From positions 11,408,001 through 11,472,000 of the forward strand of contig OX597830.1 of assembly GCA_951406725.2 (NCBI GenBank): a stretch of DNA of 64,000 nucleotides, written 5' to 3'. Position numbers and translations under genes: made by a program. This document shows positions 53,312-64,000 of this stretch, one piece after another (positions within the stretch are counted from its first letter, which is position 1; each line of letters opens with the position of its first letter). The notes beneath the pieces are model-generated. The model had not been told where the DNA came from. It ran no database searches and saw only the letters and a list, made by a program, of their open reading frames with translations. Source of the stretch: Octopus vulgaris. Its lineage: Eukaryota.

Positions 53312-53707
53312 GGCCCAGGAGTGGCTGTGTGGTAAGTAGCTTGCTTAACAGCCACATGGTTCCGGGTTCAGTCCCACTGCATGGCACCTTGGGCAAGTGT
53401 CTTCTACTATAGTCCCGGGCCGACCAAAGCCTTGTGAGTGGATTTGGTAGATGGAAACTGAAAGAAGACCGTCGTATATATATATATATATATATATGTG
53501 CGTGTGTGTCTGTGTTTGTCCCCCTAGTATTGCTTGACTACCGATGCTGGTGTGTTTATGTCCCCGTCACTTAGCGGTTCAGCAAAATAGACCGATAGAA
53601 TAAGTACTAGGCTTACAAAGAATAAGTCCCGGGGTTGAGTTGCTCAATTAAAGGTGGTGCTCCAGCATGGCTGCAGTCAAATGACTGAAACAAGGAAAAG
53701 AGTAGAG
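53312..53707 (+). mobile_element. Full-length SINE family A
   Basis: Same A/B boxes and tail as 14900-15303. Confidence 0.88.
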
Positions 53708-54434
53708 TAAACACACATGCCCTGACACAGTGGATATCCACCCAATAGACCATTTTCCTCTACTATCACTATAAATCCCCATACACCACATGTATACATA
53801 AATACCGCAAGAATTTAATCAAAAAATAAAAAAGAAAACACGCTAACAAACACAGATGTTTATGCAATCTTTGGAACCCTCCCTCCAATCGGAATCACTA
53901 TACATATCGTACCACTACAAACATTCCATTTCTACAAGAGCAACAATCTTAAAGATACATTTCCCATAAACTCTTCCAGAAAACTTTTGCTAACTTGCAG
54001 CACCACCAGTGATGGTGTTTTTGCTACCAAGGGACATAATTCTTAACTTAACCATTGCTTGGTTCACATCGTTTTTTGAGGTTCAAATAGCTACAAGCAT
54101 TTCCAGAAAATTTTTTGCAGCTTTGGACATGAATTTCCCTTCTTTGAGCAGGTATGGGAGATTGTTTAACTGACACTTTGTAAGATTTGCATACTCCACT
54201 ACTAGAAACCTAGCACAGATCATAGCATCCCACAACACCCGTAGATTAAGGGAATTAGAAAACTCAAAGTCGACAGACATAGACAGGAATAGAAAGGGTC
54301 ATAATAAAAACAGTAAGGACAAGTTAAGACTAATAGGGAGGACAAGATCAATGTAATTGATACTGAAAATGACGAGGATAGTGGCAGTGGCGGTAACAGT
54401 AATACAATAGCAGTCATAATAAGAATAATGACAA

Positions 54435-54832
54435 TCTTTATATATAAAAGTGAAGTTGCGTGTCTGTCTCCTACGATTTAGATTCCTAACTACTCCCACA
54501 TTTTGCGGTGCAGTGTAACCAAAAGCGGGTATCTTATAGTCGTGATTCATATCGAGCCCTTCTGGGTATTAGCGCGTGTCTACGATGAGTCTACGATTTT
54601 AAAAATAATTTACCATCATTTTTTTCCATTTTAATGCATTTTTCGCTATTATATAAGGGAAGTAACTCTCTAAAAATGTCTACGATGAGTCAACGATTTT
54701 TTAAAAAAATTTACCATAATTTTTTTTCCATTTTTAATGCATTTTTTTGCTATTTTTTGGTTATAACTCTCTAAAAATGCTTATATAGTTATTTCCCTTA
54801 CAAACCCAAGCAACGCCGGGCGATACTGCTAG
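54435..54832 (+). mobile_element. Complete non-autonomous Helitron
   Basis: A|TCTTTATATATAAAAG ... CCCAAGCAACGCCGGG hairpin ... CTAG|T, no TSD; internal ~90-bp tandem duplication. Confidence 0.75.
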
Positions 54833-55410
54833 TAAATAATAAAAGTAATAATGACAATTGTAGGAATAACTCTAAAAGTAGCAGCAATAGAAAGGAAAGC
54901 ACTGGTTAAAACAGTAGAGGAGGTAGGGAATGTAAGTTAAATAAATCTTGCTTAGAAAGGAACATATTATATGAATTTGCAGTAGTTACACCCAGAACGT
55001 GACTTATAAATACATAGGATATTGCACCACATTTAAGCTATGGAATCATAACCATGTCATTTCGGTATAAGAACAGAGAAAATGTGATATCACTTAGCAA
55101 GTTAATATGACAACTAAGGGAGGAAAAGGTGGAATATGAAATGAAATGGGCAATCCTCAGTGGAGCTGATCCTTATGAAATAGGTAGAATCAGATGAAAA
55201 TTTTGCCTTGAGGAATCATTCCAAATACTAAAAACAGTGGGTAATGTTAACTGTAGGTAGGAATTAGGGATAAGGTGTAAACAATTTTTTTGATAAATCA
55301 TTTGGCAATTCCCTAGTTACCTTTAATGATATAGTGAGAGATATAGGTTGAAATGGGGATATAGGTTGACAAGGGGATAAATGTGAATTAAGTAATATTT
55401 TAGTGTATAT

Positions 55411-55816
55411 ACTCTTACTCTTTTACTTGTTTCAGTCATTTGATTGTGGCCATGCTGGAGCACCGCCTTTAGTCGAGCAAATCGACCCCAGGACTTATTC
55501 CTTGTAAGCCTAGTACTTATTCTATCGGGCTCCTTTTACTGAACTGCTAAGTAACGGGGACGTAAACACATCAGCATCGGTTGTAAAGCAACGCTAGGGA
55601 GACAAACACAGACACACAAACATATACACACACATACATCTATATATATATACATATACACGACGGGCTTCTTTCAGTTTCTGTCTACCAAATCCACTCA
55701 CAAGGCTTTGGTTGGCCTGAGGCTATAGTAGAAGGCACTTGCCCAAGGTGCCACGCAGTGGGACTGAACCTGGAGCTATGTAGCTCGTACGCAAGCAACT
55801 TACCACACAGCCACTT
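55411..55816 (-). mobile_element. Full-length SINE family A
   Basis: Reverse complement of 14900-15303. Confidence 0.88.
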
Positions 55817-56384
55817 CTAGGTTTTCTACTTATTCTATTTAGCTTCATTTTGCTATGCTTTAAAGACTTGATTTATTTTACCTGGATTATATTTTATATT
55901 TATAAGTATGTTTGTAAGCCTATGTATATGTGTGTGTGTATGTCTGGGTGTCTATGTGTAAATGTCTGTGTTCTTATATATGTACAGGATGCGATGGGTA
56001 AATTGTTGTCATATAAAATAATTTTAAACCCATGGAAATACACACACATATACACATACATAAAATATATATACAGATACACACCTATGTATATACACCC
56101 AGCCCCCCCCCACACACACACACACAAACCATCATATTCCCTTCCATATCAGCTAACTCTCAAGAGCATAAGGTTACCTAACACTCCATTGTATTCTATA
56201 CACAAAACCGATTCGTAAGATCAGCCATGATGGATATATGTTGTACACTTCAGGTAATATACCTGCTCTCTTGACAGATATATGAGTGTATCTTTTCCAT
56301 GACTTATGATCTCTTAGATGACTCATGCATATATATATATATATATGCATACACACACACACATATATACACAAACGGGAGATA

Positions 56385-57680
56385 CGCTATGCTGATGACC
56401 TTGCTCTAATAGCTGAATCACTACCAGAACTAGAAAAGAAGTATCAGGTGTGGAAGCAAAATCTTGAATAAAAGGGCCTTAGAGTCAGTCTAGCAAAAAC
56501 CCAAAGTCTTGGTAAGTAGGAAGGCAGACAAATCACAAATCTCTTCCGGTCGATGGCCCTGCTTGATCCATAGAAAAGGTGTAAGTAGAAACTCCATATG
56601 ATGTACATGGTGTAAACTATGGAGACATAAGAGGGACAATAATATCAAAGGAAGGTTTACTGGGAAGATAGTTTTTGTGTGTGGCAGATGCACAGGGGCA
56701 ATAAACACCGAAGATGTACAGAAAACAGATTCCATCACATGCCAGGAGGAAAAACTAAAAGTAGTTGATAGCTTCTGTTACCTAGGTGACCAAGTCAGTT
56801 GCGGAGGTGAATGCCCTGAAAGCGTAGCTGCTAGAATAAGAATAGCTGGGCAAGGTTCAGAGAGCTCCTACCTCTGCTGGTAACAAAGGGCCTCTTGCTC
56901 AAAGTGGAAGGTAGGGTGTATAATGCCTGTGTGTGAAAAGCCATGCTACATGGCAGTGAAACATGGACTGTGATTGCTGAGGACATGCATAGGCTTGAAA
57001 GAAATGAAGCTAGTATGATCCGCTGCATGTGTGTCAGTGTACATATATGACAGAGTGAAAGCATCCTGAGAGAAAAGTTGGGCATAAGAAGCATCAGATG
57101 TGGTGTGCAAGAGATGACTGCACTGGTATGGTCATGTGTTGTGTATGGATGAGGAGAGCTGTGTGAAGAAGTGTTATGCCCTAAAAGTGGAGAGAACCTG
57201 TGGAAGAGGTAGATCCAAGAAGACATAGGATTAAGTGATGAAGCATGACCTTTGAATGTTGGGTCTCACAGAGGCAATGACAAGAGACCGAGAACTTTGT
57301 GGAGATATGCTGAGCTTGAGAAGACCTAACAAGCTAAGTGAGACTATAGCCGTGGCCAATGCCAGTGTCACATGACTGGCCCATTTAAAAGTACCCCTTC
57401 AATCGTTGGAAAATATGCTGTGCTCAAGAAGACCAGTTGAGCCAAGTGAAATTGTTGTCATAGCTGATGCCAGTGCTGCCTGACTGGTACCTGTGCCAGT
57501 AACACGTAAAAGGTACCCACTATGTCCTCAGAGTGATTGGCGTTAAGAAGGGCATCCAGCTGTAGAAACCTTGCCAGATCAGATTGGAGATTAGTGCAGC
57601 TTCCTGGCATAACAGCCCTCAGTCAAACTGTCCAACCCGTGCCAGCATGGAAAGCGGATGTTAAACGATAATGATGATGA
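56385..57680 (+). mobile_element. Degraded RTE LINE 3' half
   Basis: YADDLALIAES, WPC..RKGV, VDSF.YLG, LHGSETW, 3'UTR tail. Confidence 0.85.
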
Positions 57681-57799
57681 TATATATGTATATATGTGTG
57701 TATAGATATATATGTATTAGAAGAAATAAGGCACACAGAAATCTGGATGGGTTTATAGTTATATATATATGGATATACATATACATACATACATATATC

Positions 57800-57934
<135 letters not shown>

Positions 57935-58045
57935 TAGAAGAAATGAGGTAATCAGAAGATCGGATGTTTCATATTTATAGATATTTATTTATATATTACA
58001 TTTTTTACATATATATATCATATCATTCAGATCATATCATTCAGA

Positions 58046-58645
58046 TTATTCTCGTTCGGTATCCTCTTTCCATAATTGTTGTAGTTTTTCTTTGTTTTGG
58101 TTATTGTTCCTTTCTGTTATCTCGGCCATTATGACGGTATCGATTGTTTTAATCTTATCTTCCTGGTGTGAGCTTCGTGTTTGTAGAAGGGAAATTTCCG
58201 TTTCTAGTCGGCAGAGGGCTAGGGTTGCACGTATTGTTGTTTCTTCTAGTGTTTCACCCCTTATTTCTTTGATGAGAAATTTTCTAGTGAGTATTGGGTT
58301 CTTCAGGTCCCGCCAGTTTTGATATATGTTGGCTCTGTTCTTACAGCGTATGCTTTTCCAATAAGCATATTTGCGTTGGTTTAGAAGTTTGTTCCAGTCT
58401 TGGGGTTTTGAAGGTTTTTCTTGGTTTGTGTCAGTTTTTGTTTCTTCGTCATTTGTTGTCCTTTGTGATTGGGGTGGTCCCGCCAGAAGATTTGTGTTGT
58501 CAGTTGTGTTTGCTTGATTATTTTTAGAGAGAATATTTTGTGTTTGGATTGTATTTGTTGTTAAAGCAATGTTTGCAAAGGGCATATCAATTTTTGAGAG
58601 AAGCGAATTCAACTTACTACAGGTTTCTGTGAATAGATCTTCCAT
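58046..58645 (-). other. 199-aa ORF fragment of unknown, probably TE-derived, origin
   Basis: Non-low-complexity ORF bounded by (TA)n tracts next to a Penelope element; no convincing splice sites. Confidence 0.35.
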
Positions 58646-58817
58646 GCTTCTGGTATTTCCCTGTTGAAGATGTGCTTCTGTCTTGTTTATTTCGGCATTG
58701 CATATTTGGCAGATTTGTGTTAGGTCTTCTGCGTATTTGGTATAAGCCTGTTTGGGGTCTGGTTCTGTTCCATTCCTTTCAATATTTTCTGTATTTTTGG
58801 TATCTTCTGTTTGTGGA

Positions 58818-58876
<59 letters not shown>

Positions 58877-58880
<4 letters not shown>

Positions 58881-61474
58881 AGAGGAAAAAATGATAAGGC
58901 AGAATGCTAAATTCAAAGTGAATTTTAATAAAAACGGGTGTATGAAAAATTTTTAAAAGAAATCAAACTGGCTTTCATTGCAAGCCAAATTTTCAAGATT
59001 TGGAAGGGAAAACATTTTTTTTTAAATTGAGGAAGGGGAAAAAAGAAATTTACAATGTTTTTTTCAAAAAAATAATAAATATATACAAAAATTAATAAAT
59101 AAGTATACCAATACATGCTTTTAGAGTTCAATATTAGTCCATGGAAAGACTTCTTTGGAGGATTAGGATGCATGCGTTTAAGTGTAGTGTTTTGTTTGAA
59201 AAGGTTGGATGTTTATGTGTCACAAACACTCAAAAACCTCATCACTCTCATACTCCAACACAGTCAAGGGCTCACGGAAAAAGAAAAGGATTACATCACC
59301 AATTTCAAATGCAAGCCCAGCCTCTTCTATAGCCTCCCTAAAGTCCATAAAAACAAATCCATCACTGAAGCCTGCAAAATCTCCTCTGACATTCACACCA
59401 ACATCAAGGCACTGGAGGACCTAAAACTAAGGCCCATCATAGCTGGCACCTTCTGCAAAATACACCGCTTGAGCAATTGCCTGGACATCCTTTTGAAACC
59501 TTTCCTTAGTCACATCATAAGTTTCATTAGAGATGATCTTGACATACTCAAGCACCTCCCGAAAGCAACCAACAAGGAGGCATTCTTGGTGTCCTTTAAT
59601 GTTATTAACCTCTATACCAACATCCCACATGAATATGGTATTGAGGCAATTGATTTCTGGCTGGGGAAACACCCAGAAGCATTTCCTAACCGCATTAACA
59701 AGACCTTCATTACGGAATCACTCAAGTTCATTCTGACAAACAATTACTTCCTCTTTGAAAACACACACTACCATCAAAAATGTGGGATCGCGATGGGTAC
59801 CAAAGCTGCACCAGTCCTTGTAGACCTCATAATGGGTTTCTTCGAACTATCACTTTATGAGACATCATGCCAGAATTTTGGACACCTTTTCCACATCTAC
59901 TTAATGGAAAACTGGAAAAGATACCTAGATGATTGTTTCATCATATGGAAATAATCTTATGGAAAATCTTCTGGAATTCAAAACCACACTTAACAACATA
60001 CATCCCAACATTCAATTCACTATGGAATTCAGCAAACATCATCTCCCTTTTCTTGATTTCCTAATTATAAAAACACCTAACAACCAAATCATAACAGACA
60101 TCTACCACAAACCTACAGAATCACAACAATACCTCCTCTTTAGTTCATGCCACCCAAAACACACCAAGATAAATATCCCTTTCAACTTAGCTAAAAGGAT
60201 TTGCACCATTGTCTCAGATCCAAAAACTTGAGAAATATGCCTTCAAGACCTCAAAAAAACACTATTACAGCGCCAATATCCCTCCACACTATGGAATAAA
60301 ACGTGCCAAGGAACTCGACAATAATACACTGAAAACTACCCAACACAGTAACACACCCAACCTCAAAATACTTCCACCCACAACCCCAAAAACATCGAAG
60401 CATACACCACAATCATACAAAACCTCCCCTTACTGTCCACAGACCCAAAAATGAATAATATTATCAATACACATAAAATCCTTAAATGCAAAAGGTAACA
60501 TAAATCATTGAAAAAAACTCTTAACAAATGCCAAACTTCACACACCACATCCACCCCCACCAGTTAAAAAATGTGCATGCCCTAACTATGGTACCTGCCT
60601 CTTCCTACTTGAAGGCTCTGAATTTACTTTCAAACAGGGAACAAAGTTTAAAATCAAGACCAACTTCTCTTGTTCCTCCAAGAACCTCATTTACATTCTT
60701 ACATGCGCCGGCTGCCAGCACAATTATATTGGACAACCGAGCCTTCCTTTATGCAGAAGAGTAGCAGTCCATAAAGAACAGATAATTCTCCCACAATACC
60801 GTTAAATTCCACTCAGTAGCCACATAGACTCTTGCGCTAGAAATAAAAATCCCAAATTTCATATATTCCCTTTCTACCAATGTAAAGACAGAATCTCTAC
60901 ACAAGAAAGAATCAACAAGGAGAATATTTTTATTGAAAAATTCCAAACGCTTCTTAATATGCATACTCCATGGTGACCGTATTCCTTTTTCTAGCATCCT
61001 GTCTGACAAAAAATAGATATAAGCATCATGTTTGACAAAAAATCCAGCATTCCAATTAAAGAGTATAAAATCCACAGAATTGTGTCCCCTTATTTACAGG
61101 AACTGGATAACTCCATTTCCTGTTTTGACACATAAACATCCAACCTTTTCAAACAAAACACTACACTTAAATGCATGCATCCTAATCCTCCAAAGAAGTC
61201 TTTCCATGGACTAATATTGAACTCTAAAAGCATGTATTGGTATACTTATTTATAAATTTTTGTATATATTTATTATTTTTTTGAAAAAAGAAACATTGTA
61301 AATTTCTTTTTTTTCTCTTCCTCAATTTAAAAAAATTTTTTCCCTTACCAAATCTTGAAAATTTGCCTTGCAGTGAAAGCCAGTTTGATTTCTTTTTAAT
61401 TTTTTCAAACACCCATTTTTATTAAAATTTACTTTCAATTTAGCATTCTGCCTTATTATTTTTTCCTCTCCTAT
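58877..61474 (+). mobile_element. Penelope-like element with ~350-bp inverted terminal copy
   Basis: FYSLPKVHK, LRPIIAG, GIAMG, RYLDD, LPFLD, NLIYILTCAGCQHNYIGQ; 58877-59225 is the reverse complement of ~61126-61474. Confidence 0.9.
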
Positions 61475-61515
61475 CATTTCTCCACATGCGGTTAACACAG
61501 CCCCATTTACTGACT

Positions 61516-61553
<38 letters not shown>

Positions 61554-62035
61554 TATATATATATATGTATACATATACATTCATTGTGTCTTGCAACCTT
61601 TTCAATAGTCTTGAATAGTGTAATAGGAATGCAGTGTAAATAACGAACAGAGTCATGACTATTGAAAAGGTTGCAAGACGCAACAAAAATTTTAGGAAAA
61701 TAAGAAATAAGTGGAAATTTTACCAGTGAGTGTGTTACATTATAAGCCACAAAAAGACACAACAGAATATGCTTCAACACATGAACTCATATAAAAAATC
61801 TTGTAAACCAAATCTGAAAACGAAATATATATATATATATATATATGGATAAATATATATGGATATATATAAATATATATGGATATATATGGATATATAT
61901 ATATTAATCAGCCGAAATTGCAAAGATGATCCGGTTCTTGACTGAAGATTGAAGGCTTTGAATGTCCCGTCCGTGTTTTTTGTGTCGTCTTCTAAATGTT
62001 TCACGTTCTTGTCCCAGTTTGTATTTTTTTACTTT

Positions 62036-62090
<55 letters not shown>

Positions 62091-62438
62091 GGATATATAT
62101 ATATGGATATGTAGTTGAAAAATTTCCTTATAGGTATAAATATACCAGAAACAAGTATAAAAAAAAAATGGAGAAAATGATGTTGAATCAAAATTACATT
62201 TAATACAAAATTGGATCCAATACATATGCATGTTTTGAAGGACAATACAAATATGCAAGAAAACAATTATAATCATAGTTATTATAATTAAATTTATGCA
62301 TTGTCCTTCTCATCAGTGTGAGGAATTTTGGGAAGAACATTAAAAAGGTTTAATAAAATAAAATGAATTAAGATACATAAGGGAGAATACAGATGGGGTA
62401 ATAGGATATATATATATATTATGTATATATATATATAT

Positions 62439-62439
<1 letters not shown>

Positions 62440-62471
<32 letters not shown>

Positions 62472-63463
62472 GTTTAACGTCCGTTCTCCATGCTAGCATG
62501 GGTTGGACGGTTCGACCGGGGTTCTGGGAAGCCAGAAGGCTGCACCAGGCTCCAGTCTAATCTGGCAATGTTTCTACAGCTGGATGCCCTTCCTAACGCC
62601 AACCACTCCGTGAGTGTAGTGGGTGCTTTTTACGTGCCACCTGCACAGGTGCCAGGCGAGGCTGGCAACGGCCACGGTCGGATTGGTGTATTTTATGTGC
62701 CACCGGCACGGAAGCCAGTCGAGGCAGTGCTGGCATCGGCCACGGGTCGGATAGTGCTTTTTACGTACCACCAGACCAGGGATCCTGGCTGGTTCAATTC
62801 GATTTCGATTTCGCTTGCCCCAACATGTCTTCACAAGCAAAGGGGGTTGGCATGGGTGCCTGTCGTACGGTCACATTGGAGTATTTTACGTGCCACGGCC
62901 ACGAGTCGGATAGTGCTTTTTACGTACCACCAGACCAGGGATCCTGGCTGGTTCAATTCGATTTCGATTTCGCTTGCCCCAACATGTCTTCACAAGCAAA
63001 GGGGTTGGCATGGGTGCCTGTCGTACGGTCGCATTGGAGTATTTTACGTGCCACGGCCACGAGTCGGATAGTGCTTTTTACGTACCACCAGGCCAGGGAT
63101 CCTGGCTGGTTCAATTCGGTTTCGATTCCGATTTCGCTTGCCCCAACATGTCTTCGCAAGCATGGGGGGTTGGCATGGGTGTCTGTCGTCGGATGAGGTT
63201 CTATATCGACTTCGCTAGCCTCAACAGGTCTTTGTGTCCAAGGGAGGAAAGGCATTCATAAGTGGGCTGGGCTCACTTGTCCTGCCTGGTCTTCTCCCGT
63301 ACAGAATATTTCCAAAGGTCTCGGTCGCTGGTCATTTCCTCAGTGAGGCCTAAAGTTCGAAGGTCGTGCTTCACCACCTCGTCCCAGGTTTTCCTGGGTC
63401 TACCTCTTCCACGGGTTCCCTCAACTGCTAGGGATTGGCACTTTCTCACACACCTATCTTCAT

Positions 63464-63466
<3 letters not shown>
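62440..63466 (-). mobile_element. RTE LINE 3' end with internal ~160-bp tandem duplication
   Basis: RGRGRPRKTWDEVV C-terminus plus 3'UTR plus (CAT)n. Confidence 0.88.
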
Positions 63467-63508
<42 letters not shown>

Positions 63509-63643
63509 TAGATATATATATATATATCTATATATATATTGATAAAAATGGTAAGACAACAAAAGAATGAAAGAGACCTCGATATTATGTAAATAGAGGA
63601 ATTTATCTGTAAATTTAATATGTGACAATTATTTGGTAGCCAT

Positions 63644-63704
63644 GATAAAACTCAGAGTTTCGGATGCCGAGGTGGAAATCCACGTTGCCATCTCTTCAGT
63701 TATC
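63644..63704 (-). ncRNA. Minimal type-I hammerhead ribozyme
   Basis: Minus strand GATAA-CTGAAGA-GATG..gtggatttccac..CATCC-GAAA-CTCTGAG-TT-TTATC. Confidence 0.7.
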
Positions 63705-64000
63705 CGGCCATCGGAAAAATAGTTATGAAAAATGACCATTAAACAAAGGGAAGTTACTGTGTGATTGACCGTTATTAAGACAAAAGAGGTATTTGAATGA
63801 GCGCTAAGTGAGGGGAGGGAGTAAAAATAAGCGGGTAAAAAGGCTCATAGTATTCATGTAAACGCACATGTTCATACCTACACATGTGGGTCCACACACC
63901 CACATGCATGCACCTAAAAGTATACACTCATCCACCCTCACTTGAAACATACACAACCTCACCCACACCATTTGCCAAATATATATATATATATATATAT

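Overview
Repeat-dominated eukaryotic genomic DNA, most likely an octopus (inferred from the tRNA-derived SINEs, RTE LINEs, Penelope-like elements and very long (TA)n tracts). One host gene lies on the minus strand. It has three phase-consistent coding exons (22914-22665, 13184-11839, 7928-7475), a probable 5'UTR exon and DRE/ETS promoter near 43.8-44.4 kb, and continues beyond the last exon found. It encodes three predicted LOTUS/OST-HTH domains followed by a NO VEIN (NOV)-like region. The rest is transposon-derived: a complete Chapaev3 transposon, a mariner relic, a piggyBac-type MITE, short Helitrons, a near-full-length RTE LINE with about 14 RTE 3' ends in total, a CR1-group LINE with an intact RT frame, and many Penelope-like fragments. 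The main hidden signal is about ten minimal type-I hammerhead ribozyme motifs with palindromic loop 3, including compensatory G3:C8 and U3:A8 core variants. One of them is carried by a 196-bp insertion with a target-site duplication. Family names come from motif recognition, not database searches. TE boundaries without TSD/TIR evidence are approximate.
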